Source: Takakia lepidozioides (taxonomy: Eukaryota; Plantae; Bryophyta). Taken from it: 64,000 nucleotides of DNA. The stretch covers positions 8,990,001-9,054,000 of the forward strand of contig CM060731.1 of the NCBI GenBank assembly GCA_030704615.1. Reading direction: 5' to 3'. Position numbers and translations under genes: made by a program. Below the pieces are notes generated by a model. That model was not told where the DNA came from. It ran no database searches and saw only the letters and a program-made list of their open reading frames with translations. The first letter of the stretch is position 1, and every line of letters begins with the position of its first letter. Positions 25,168 through 35,047 of the stretch are shown piece after piece.

Positions 25168-26860
25168 GTGGTCGACGTAGAGCTGGAGATGGAGGTCGAA
25201 TTTCCGATGCTGGTTATTTTCATGATGAAGGATGGTAGATTCCCCAGAACGTTTGGCTTAAAACTGGAGGTACAACTTCTAAGGAAGGCCATGATGAGAG
25301 AGTCCATTCGGATGGGGTTCACATATTGCGACGAGGGTACACAATTTACAGATGAAGGTCTTTGCATGGCTTGGGGTATTTTCTTGGATGTGTTTTACTT
25401 AAAGGGTAAGGAAAATGCAAAGCCGCGGGAGGAGGAGGCTGCGAGAGCGCGGCCAAGGAAGAGAAAACGGAAATCCTCTGACGCCGGAGGTGATAAGAAT
25501 GAAGCCGGGACATCCAGGGGAAAGAAGAAACAAAATGAGGACATGGATCCCGCTTTCATGACAGATAACAAGAAACCCAAGGCTGCAGACATCTTTGACA
25601 AAGAGAATTGTGAGAAGTGCAGGAGAGGCTGGAGCAAGACTACAAGGACATGTTTCCTTTTGGGTTTGAGGCGACCCAGGATGTCAAAGTTTCCATGATG
25701 GAGCTTGCTCCCAGGGATATGGTGTACAGGCCCCTAAATGTCAAGCACAAAGACGAAATCAAAGCGCGTCTTTACCAGCTCCGGGTGTTCGACTCCAAGC
25801 ATCCAGTTTATTTGAGTCCCGCAAACCCCGAGAAGCCTATGGAGGTTTCAAGTTCGAAACCTCGAAACTAGAAGGAGGTGGAAAACTCCAAATTCTTCGT
25901 CATCGGTGGACAACACACGATCATTGCTGCCAAGGTAAATTTCTCCACAAAATCCAAATTTTGTAACAACATGAACCTCCACTGGACAGTGGAGATTCAT
26001 GTACTTTAAACATTATGCTTGTTAGGTCGCTAGCATTTCTAACCTTATTCAATTCTGTCCCAAGAACTTGTTGAAGACGTGGACGACGACAATCTTAAGA
26101 AGTACTACTCTGACTGGCCCTCGAAGATTATATGGTCAAAGGATCTGATGAGGCTTGTGAAGCTATCTAAGCTCCTAAACGACCCAAATAAGTCGCAAAA
26201 ATTTGACACAACATTCCCCGAGAAAGTTGCACATGCCCGGAATTTCTTCGAGCTGAGGGGGAGGCCGAAAAAGTACAACGATCACACAACGAAGTCGGAG
26301 ACTAGACAATGGAAGGTAAATGATTCACAAACAAATTGCAACGGTTTATTATCGACGATGTAATGGAAGTCTTAGGTGGCCTCGGAGAAGCAAACAAAAC
26401 CAGGAACCGTACACCAAACTGGAGTGGCGTGATGTGAAGAAAAAATACAACTTCAATAAAGCTAAGTTTGAAACTTTTCGAGATCGGCTCGGGAACGACT
26501 ACATTGTAAGCAAACAGAAGATGAACATGGAGACGCAACCCATGACTGCTGCTTTCAAAAAGTACGTCTTGTCGTGCAAGCAGACCTTTGAGGATAACCA
26601 GAATGCACTGACGATTCTATGTACGAGCTTCAAGTCCCATTACACACAGCTGGGGGAAACCTAAAATTTGTTGATGCCAGATCTCGGTTGGGACTTGCAC
26701 TGAAGAAACGGTTTGACGACATATTGACGGTGTTTGTCAATACAGTTTGTGATGATGACTCGATTAGGCTTCAAGGCAAAGGACCACTCCAATATCCTGG
26801 ATACTTTTGTGGCTTGGAAGCTCATGTCCAGTGTTTTTGTGTTTTTTTCGACACAAGAAT
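25168..26860 (+). pseudogene. ParB/Sulfiredoxin-like (GGQH motif) protein gene with basic NLS-like region; spliced and decayed
   Basis: YRPLNVKHKDEIKARL...HPVYLSP...*KEVENSKFFVIGGQHTIIAAK|ELV read through a stop at 25869 and an intron at ~25935-26063; RPRKRKRK upstream. Confidence 0.6.
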
Positions 26861-27580
26861 CATCGGGAAATCTTGTGTCATACATTCGGAATGTTCCCAA
26901 AAGGCTGCTGGCATGGGAGACATCTGTTGGTCTGGCGGAGCCTCTAGAAAGTCCTCGGGCTCCGACTTTCCAAATTCCTCCCGTTCTTGAGCGACCTCGC
27001 TTTCAAAAGCATAAATCGCCTCTTCCATTTGCCGCTTCGGTGACACATCGCCCCCACCGGGCTCACCAGGATCATCGTCTTTCAGGCCGTTCTGCTTTCG
27101 CTTTGTCTTGCCCGACCCCATGGTGAGGCCGACCTCAAGGACGATTTCCTACTGAACTCTAAGCTCTGATACTAAGTGTCGTGCACTTCACTTCGGTAAG
27201 CTCCCCTTCAAGTCATAATTACTTGTTTTGATGCGCGCGCCTAACTTCCAAATTGGCCGCCGGGCCAACTCGGAGCTTCGGCTGCTCACCAGGACATAAC
27301 GGTCCCCCTTTGCTTCTCCACAAGACCCTCGCTCACTTTGGGCCTAGTGGAAATTCCCTTTGGTTGTTGGCAGTCCGGAACAGCTCCCCACACCTTGGTC
27401 GCTTTCCGGCTCGCACGCTTACTCACTAGTTTTTGGTTACCAATGGGCTTGCACCGTTCTCGGGGTTACTACTCCCTATATATACTTTTGTGACTGTCCG
27501 CAGGGGTTTCACAAACAACACCGTCCTTTTATGGCGAACCACCACGAAGACCCTTGACTCCCGGTGATGAGTCGCATCTT
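26860..27580 (-). mobile_element. Truncated LTR retrotransposon remnant: LTR 3' end (CA at 27178-27177), tRNA-iMet PBS at 27174-27163, start of a gag-like ORF at 27121
   Basis: Minus strand reads ...gacCA-like end, ct, TAGTATCAGAGC (one mismatch to the canonical TGGTATCAGAGC), then ORF MGSGKTKRKQ; outer limits approximate. Confidence 0.65.
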
Positions 27581-27712
27581 ATTAGTCTTTTGGTCTTTGA
27601 GTCTTTGAGTCTCATCTTCGGTATTGCTCAATTCGATTATTTTGTTGGATCACTTTGCCCACTATATTTCTCATCCGTCGGATTCCAAAATATGCTGTAG
27701 AATCGTGAGACG

Positions 27713-28118
27713 ATGTCTGAGGAGATCAAACACACACGAACCGACTCCATCGAGATTGAGACGGTGAAGAGACAAGTGGATCGGACAATCACTGTCGGCC
27801 CACCTGAGCCGGTCCTACAAGTAACCTCCACTGGACAGTCGAGGTTGCCATCTGGTAACACAGGGTTGGAGGATAGTATTTTCCGGAGAGATGGAAAAAA
27901 GGAGGAGCAGCCTGCTCAAGGATCCCAGTAGCCGCCCCCGTAATCATTTCAACTCATTTTTTTCGTTTCTCTACATTGGGCTTACTGAAGTTGAAATTAA
28001 TAATGAACTCTTCTGTTATTCCACAGGACAACATGCATTACCCTCCAGTCGACTATTCCATTTCTGTCAATCCAAACGATCTGCATTACCTTCCTTGGGG
28101 ACCGAACGGATGTTGGTC
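27713..28118 (+). pseudogene. Unknown element ORF 'X1' (MSEEIKHTRTDS...), paralog of the ORF start at 32845
   Basis: HTR..TVKRQVDRTI..PEPVLQVTSTGQSRLP vs HTR..TVKRHVDLTI..PVPVLEVISTVQSTLP; probable intron at ~27940-28026. Confidence 0.45.
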
Positions 28119-28433
28119 AGGTCTCTCTACACAGTGTTGGAGTCCAAATCAGGGTTGCTTTATAACTTCATGGTATACAAAATAGACCACAATCTCTGGT
28201 CTCTAGCTACGTCAGCTTTTCTAGTCTACTCCGGAGCTCCGTTATCGGCCCATATCTCACTCCCTCTACTCTGTTCTCTATCTCACTGACGTCATTCTCC
28301 TTCGCTCCTTCGCTCGTGCCTCAGTTTTATCATCCCATGTGTACAATAAGAAATCCATTTCTTTCCTTTCACTCGCCCAAGTACCCTCATGTCAACCGCC
28401 ATAATAATATCTCCGTGAGCCAACCGCCATGAC
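28119..28433 (-). mobile_element. 5' LTR, piece 2 (inverted), homologous to 35431-35935
   Basis: Reverse complement matches, e.g. ctattttgtataccatgaagtt..ggactccaacactgtgtagagagacct and acgtcagtgaga..agagggagtg..atatgggccg. Confidence 0.85.
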
Positions 28434-28435
28434 TC

Positions 28436-29506
28436 CAACTTTTTGTACTCCATGTATGCAGACCTCCCAATTCCGTGAATTGTCCACCACGCAGTCTCAC
28501 AAACATCTACATCCTCAATCGTAACGTATGCCCTGCGAGAGGTCCCTTCAAGCATGTGAAGTCGATTTGAAACATTTAGTCCATGTTCTCTCCTCTCATC
28601 GAAAGTGGATCCCCAAAACGAAGTACGGATAGCCAAGGTTTTTCGCCTATCGAAATATTGACAGCAGTGAAGTCTGCAGCAAGGTTTGCTGCTCATGGAT
28701 CGGACTTCCTCCATAGTAAGATTTTTCATACATTTTTTGGAATGTTCCAAATCTCGATCCCTCTTCTTCCTCGTAAAATGCCTATACGCCGCTTTCTTCC
28801 CACCTGTCTCATGATCTTCGTATTCATTACTGTCAGAAGATCTTATGAAATTCTCAAGATCATTTGAGAGTAGTCTTTCCAAAAGTCGTGTTTTTATTGA
28901 AGGCCATTTTACAAGGGGCATTAGAGAGCCAGATCCAGCAATAAATATTTTGGTGACAAGAACTCCAACATCATCCTCTCCCAGTTTGTCATTGAGAATC
29001 ACCTCGTCCGGAATAAAAGCTTGAATCCTGCCCTCGAACAATGCACACCCATCATCACCCAACTGTACGCATTGCAAGTTTATCCAGTTGTTTCCTCCAC
29101 ACGAAATCTCGGAACTCTGCGATGGTCTATGGTTTGATTCATCCTCGTGGACATCGAAATTATGTGCAGTCTCCTTTGTCTCTGACGTAAAACCAGGATT
29201 CATGTCATGCCCTTGATACTCGTTATTCTGCTGATGAACTTCGCTAACATTCCACACCACCGGCGGGGTCCCAATGGCCTCCTTCAAGGTGTCAACATCC
29301 ATATGTCTATAAGGCAGAGGACATAATGCGTGTGCTTCATCACAGGAGATGAGTAGCACTGAAATGGTTGACGAAGATAATTGGTGTCCATGAAAGGTCC
29401 CAACCTTGGAGACATGTAGACCCGGGAAGAGAAAAAAAACACTCTTTGACCCGTCTCTAAGCTCATGATCAACGGAACCTCCACTGTACACGCGAGAAAT
29501 CTTCAA
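28436..29506 (-). pseudogene. N-terminal half of the Sola1-like transposase (Cys-rich region), broken at the inversion junction
   Basis: KPCCRLHCCQYF..RTSFW..VCETAWWTIHGIGRSAYMEYKK, then an abrupt switch into LTR sequence; this motif set normally precedes the (H/Y)GNxG found at ~22320. Confidence 0.65.
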
Positions 29507-30661
29507 GAAACTAAAAACCCATTCGTAACAGCCTTACTATTACAGTTGAGGAATTTTATTTTATTTTTTGGGGAAAAACCGATGGAAGGGCCGGATAATG
29601 TTAATAAATATGAGGAAAAAATAACCTTGAAATACAAGCCATGGAGGCTGAGAAAGGGGACACCACCCCGTGACCACACCAATTCAGGGTCAGGATGTGT
29701 CGATGTTGGAGATGTTTTGTCATTGAACGACGGGGGGAGTAGATGGGCAACAACAGGCAGACACAGAAAATTGTCCGTTGAGCACTTGACATCCTGGATG
29801 GAATGAAAACGCAACGAAGGAATAATTTATCTCGGAACTGCATTCCAATACAGACGTTGTTTGACATGAAGGTCATAATCTACAGATTTTCTTACCTGGA
29901 GTGACAGATGAATATCAGACCCCAAACTAAGTGAAACTAGAAGAATGAACAAGGAGCGAGAAATGAGTTTAAGTCACCTGACTCATGCGGATTTGGGCTA
30001 TCCAACCCTCGTGCTGGGGAGATATGCGAGGAAGAGACGGAACAAGGTGCATCAGAGCCCCAGACAAGTCTTCGACGGTTGCCCTTCGCGTTGGATAGAC
30101 CAGACCCTGCGTACTTAACGGGGAGAGTGAGGAATGTTGGGTAAGGTCGATAAAGTTTCCGGCATATTTTTGTTCATCATCTACACCTTGGACTTTATAC
30201 CTAGGAGGACCCAAGATGAGAAGAATGTCGCCCGCTTCCTGAGAGGAGAAGGGTCTGACTGAGGATCCACCCTCAATTTGAGCACCATCCTGAACCCTCG
30301 GAAAGCCTTCAATACTTCGACGCACTACTGATCCGGAGGGTTCCCTGAGGGGACGTGAGGAACCATTGACGTCGTCAGCATCTCCTTGAACCTGCCAAAG
30401 AGACATAATCATCAATCCGGGAGTGCAGGAATGTGAACCTCCACTGAACAATGGAGGTCACTAGATATAGTCATGTACCCGTATGAAGGCATGTATGCTC
30501 TGGTCTTGGGATTGCCCCAAATGTACGTCGAAAAATTCAACAGCAAATTAGTGAAAATGAGAGTACCATATCTAATACGTATGTGATTACAAGACAATGA
30601 AAATCAGACACCATGAAGATATTCAATAGCTCGAGTGAGAGGGGATTAATCAAAAATATAT

Positions 30662-31275
30662 TTATTTTGAAGCATCATATCTTAGGCTCTTAAAACCGCT
30701 GTCCTCAATATAATCCCAGAGTGGCCTAAACTTGGGATCACTTGAAACATTGGGAAAAAGACTCAACCCTATCATCTTTTTCCTAAGATAGCTTGAAACA
30801 GTGGGATGTTTCCTCATTCCAAGCAAATAGGTCTGAAGAACCTTGAGAAGATAGCAACCATTGGTCTCCACAGTTTGGAACGGCTTGAGAACAAGACATG
30901 AGTCGGGCGGGTTCAATACACACTTCATGGCGGTGTCGTCAATGAGCAGAGTGTTACTCTTGGTGTACTGTCCACCAAATCTCTGCCAGACTTTCATCAA
31001 TGGCTTCAAAAACAAATGACCGGTTGAAGGAGACCACGAAGCAAAAAATCCAGGATGGGCTACAAGTTCTTGTACATCATAGAGCTCCAAATCCCTAACC
31101 GGAAGTGTTTGTGCAATTCTGTCCACACTTCGCGATATTTCTCCCGTCTAAAGACAAGTTGGAATCCAACAAGAGCTAGAATTCTGTAGTCTGTTTCTGA
31201 AAACCGGGGGATATTGTAGCTCTTCTGGTGCTTCAAGATTTTGCATAAGACTCCATTCACGTTAAAAAATAATCA
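30662..31275 (-). pseudogene. FCP1/NIF-like HAD phosphatase domain, copy 2
   Basis: LFFNVNGVLCK..LGIWSSMMYKNL (frameshift) ..LFLKPLMKVWQRFGGQYTKSNTLLIDDTAMKCVLNPP. Confidence 0.8.
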
Positions 31276-31493
31276 AACGCAACCCTTGCACAGGTGGAGA
31301 AACATGTGCTCCAATCTGCTAGCGAGTCATTCATACTTCGGATGATAAAAATGGAACAGTACAATGCATTGGAAAAACCGATCCCAGGCAAGTGAACAAG
31401 AACGTCCACCGGACAGCCGAGGTTCACTAAACTCTTTTAAAATATCTTATGTCCCATTCCACCTTCCTGCTGGAAGGCAGTAGCCCTTCGAGA

Positions 31494-32456
31494 TCAAGTG
31501 ACACCATAAGTTACGCTCCCTTCGAGAGACGTCATACTTTTTTCTTTTACTTTATGTTCCAATGAATTGGCACGCAACTCGTGATTGCTAAGGAATTTCT
31601 GCCACCTATAATCAAAGTCTCTAAGAAATTTGACCGTTGGGTCGTCCTCGAAGAAATCCTTCGTAATACCGAACGGATGTAGCTCGTTGAATGACATGAT
31701 ATCCATCCCGGATAACCGCAATATGTTAAGGTAAGGCTTGAGCTCTTCCAGTAGAAACTTATCTCTGTCAGGATCCACGAGCGCTTTATATTTTGGAAGG
31801 AAGATGGTATGTCCAAACGGGTTCAAGTAGGACTTGTACATATTCTCTACAGTGTCAATGAGGAGAGTATTGGATTTGTAAGCTGTAGGGTCTTCCTCAG
31901 CGAAAATCTCGTAGAGACGTTTAAAGTAGATCAGATTTTTGGGTGCTTTAGGCCATTTTGAGTTGAATGTCGATCTATGCATGACGGAATTCTCACTGCT
32001 GTAAGTTATGACCTTGAACGGCCTTAGCGATAGTCTCGACATTCATCTCAAGTCCCGTGTTCCAAAAACAAACGACAAACTTTTTAACGGCCCATTTAAT
32101 GAATTCGTCAAGACCGTTTCGCATAGCTAACTTGAATTTCCCTGCGGAGATACAAGGCTGGATGGCAAGAAGGGATTTCTTTCCATCCTTTAGGTAAACC
32201 TCACAAAGATAACCGATGTCCAGAACCAGGACGTAGTATCGCCTTAGCGGAAGTGGCATTAGCCACTCTCATCACGTTTTTCAACTGATGTGGGAAAGGG
32301 GAAGAGAGGGCCAGGAAATTTTCGGGTTGGAGACACTTGGGAGTACTCCAAATACCCAAGAACGCGTTGCGCCAGAAAGTGTCCACAATCTGGACAGCTC
32401 TTCCTCCAGTTTTGATAACACCACGAATCAAAATCCGGCTTCTCCAGGGGGGGCAT
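31494..32456 (-). pseudogene. FCP1/NIF-like HAD phosphatase domain, copy 1, preceded by a CxxC-containing segment
   Basis: VLVLDIGYLCE..RNGLDEFIKWAVKKFVVCFWNTG (frameshift) ..YFKRLYEIF..SNTLLIDT..SYLNPF..DKFLLEELKPYL; CPDCGH upstream. Confidence 0.75.
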
Positions 32457-32844
32457 GAAGCGACATCGACAGAGTTAAGTTGAAACCTTAGGTCAATGGT
32501 TCACACCTGTGGAAGGTGACGAGCCATTGATTATGTCACCAGCTCCCGTTAACAATCCTCGCGGGGTAGTGACCCAGAATGTCACCCAGGTGGTTCTGGA
32601 TGTAGGTAACGAATGACAATTAAAAAATATTTATTCATACATACTTCAGAATATAATATGACAATATTGTAATTATACAAACTTGTGAATGGAATAATCC
32701 GAATGTTTTTTCCATTTCTTTTATTCTGGACTTTCGAATAAAACATATTTCCACCCGGAATTTTGTCCGATCGCACATCCATGAGGACAACCACTAACTG
32801 TTTCAAAACTTTTCTTGTAGATCCAAGAATCCCAATCGGAGGAA

Positions 32845-33252
32845 ATGACACACACACGACTGGGCTCAAACGAGACTCAAACGGTGAAGAGACATGTGGA
32901 TCTGACAATCAGGGCCAGGTCACCTGTGCCAGTTCTGGAAGTAATCTCCACTGTCCAGTCGACGTTGCCATTTGCAGGGAATGAGTCGGAGAATCCTCCT
33001 ACTCGCGGGGAAGGAGAAGAGATGGAGCAGCACAAGCGCGGAATCCAACAACAGACCCCGATGCGGGTATTCCTTAAGGTAAAGCCTAAGGAACCCTGCA
33101 CCTTCGAGGGCATCCGAAATCAGAAGGCACTCAACACCTGGCTCTTGGAGTTAGAGCAATACTTCCGAGCGGCCAAGTTGAGGGACGAGGATCGGGTGGA
33201 AGTGGCTCCCACCTATTTGAAGGGCTATGCTCAACAATGGTGGCAGAAACTC
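32845..33252 (+). pseudogene. ORF 'X2' running in frame into a Ty3/gypsy Gag fragment
   Basis: KPKEPCTFEG..LNTWLLELEQYF..DRVEVAPTYLKGYAQQWW is a typical retrotransposon capsid N-terminal motif; the N-terminal part is paralogous to the 27713 ORF. Confidence 0.75.
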
Positions 33253-33579
33253 GTGGAATGTCTAAATAGAAGAAGAACTTGAACTAAATAGATCACATAA
33301 GTAATCATCAACTAGGATACCAAGTTCACTGTTAGACGAGAATGATCGTGAACTTATGAATAACAAGTTCATGATAGCCCATGATACACTAGGTTTGGGT
33401 TATGTTTGAGTGTTCTGAACAACTTGAAGACATGAAGATATAAACATATTCATGGTATCCAATGATATACTCGCTCAGGTGTGGGTCATGTTGGACTGTT
33501 CTGAATGACCTAAATACTTAGAGTATTCCTGCACCTCTACCCTTGAGTATCATCCCATGATAGTTAAGGGAGGCCAACA
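33253..33579 (+). mobile_element. 5' LTR, piece 3 (ends ...CAACA), homologous to 35943-36210
   Basis: acataagtaatcatcaactaggata..ttagac.agaatgatcgtgaacttatgaa shared with the 3' copy; followed by aTGG. Confidence 0.8.
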
Positions 33580-35047
33580 ATGGTTTTTCAGCCACCACCA
33601 GAGCAAGCAACAATGATACTCAATATCCAATTTGCTCACCAATTACTTTAAGGACTATATTGTTCCCTAAAAGCAAGTGAAGGTTCTGAAGAACCAGCTC
33701 AAAGAGGAGTATGAGGAGAGGCCGATACGTAGCCTTTAGCAGGTCAAGGTTAATAAAGAGGCCACTGAGAAGCTCCAGCAGGCCTTGCACAACTCTGCTT
33801 TGGAATTGAAGTACAACGCCCAAAAAAAACCTGGTGAAGGCTGCACTGGTACAGAATGAGATAAAAACCACCTACCATCAACATTTGCTCTTATTATAAG
33901 AATCAAAGGAAAAATTCTAGGAGGACCAAACAAAAGTCCTCGATGAAGGGAAGGTCCTAAATGAGCAGTTAGCAATAGCTAACCAAACAATAAGCAGGAA
34001 GAATGACGACTTGATCAATCAACTCACAGCAGTAGATGTGGAGATTCGTGAAAAAACCAAACTATAACTATAACACAAGACAGAGGGAGAGGGATTGAGC
34101 GAGACAGTCTCACTCATGAATTAGGAGACTATTCTTCATCATAAGAAATCCTGGAATCCATGAAAGATCGAGGAATAGTCAACAGCAACACGTGCAGAAT
34201 TTGCAACAGAACTACAAGGGAAAGATCATGCAGTTCAGCCAATGTGCCACAATGGCTGTAGCCCAATAGGCAAGGAAGTAGGCTAATAATATATGATCGC
34301 CTACGCAACACAATTTGTGCAGTATTAGCAAAGAATGCCGAAAACGTAGGAAGAACTCAACGGGTGGAAACTTAGGGAGGAGCAAACCAACTGGGTAGCC
34401 ACACACGACTTGGTGGATGCGCAATTCATGCAACTCTAGATCTGGTTAAAAGAAGGACCATGAATAGTGGGCAAGAGTGCAAAGAAGTTGTCAACAACAA
34501 AAATCTTGGATCTTAGGCAATAGGCAACGGCTAGGAAAATAGATGGCCAGCTTGATGAATTGGAGACGGAAATGGATCACCTGAACTTTGAGGTGGATCA
34601 ACTAACCATGGATATGTCATGGTTTGTGCTAGAGGAGGAGCTCTTGGAAACATTCATAAGAGCCAAGGACTTCAATTTGAATTTCCAGAGGAGGAAACCC
34701 CACAAGTAAAGGCTATTTAGGCAGCCCAAATCACCTAAGTACAACAACAACAGAAGCGACAATAGGGACATGGGACACAAAAGGGGGAAACATCGACTCT
34801 AGGGGAGCACCAACAGGAGCAGGCCAAGGGTATTATGATCATTGCTAGGGACCAAGGCAAAAGGGAGTAGGAAGCAATAGACCCTTATCTTACATATGTT
34901 ATCATGCCACCCTCTTATATTCCACACATCATGGAGGATTTATGGAAACAACTGTCTCCAGTCAAGACCCTGGGCTAGTATTACCAACTCATGAGATTTT
35001 GGTTATCATATTGGGAAGGCTCAAAATGTTTGCCGTAGGGAGGTCAT
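33580..35047 (+). pseudogene. Short internal region of the LTR element with a decayed coiled-coil-like ORF; no RT or integrase seen
   Basis: A-rich, stop-interrupted Glu/Lys/Gln-rich frames between the LTR copies. Confidence 0.4.

Larger units (their letters stand above)
15645..32966. repeat. Dispersed family of 24-bp palindromes AACCTCCACTG-NN-CAGTGGAGGTT
   Basis: Perfect copies at 15645 and 24849; near-perfect at 25974, 27823, 30436; degenerate at 17928, 22618, 24314, 31401, 32943; half-site at 29476; weak copy at 21148. Confidence 0.92.
15061..33252. mobile_element. Large decayed composite DNA element (Sola1-like DDD transposase plus ParB-like, NIF-like and other cargo) inserted in an LTR and partly inverted
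   Basis: Bounded by colinear LTR pieces; contains both transposase halves, cargo pseudogenes and one shared palindrome family. Confidence 0.7.
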
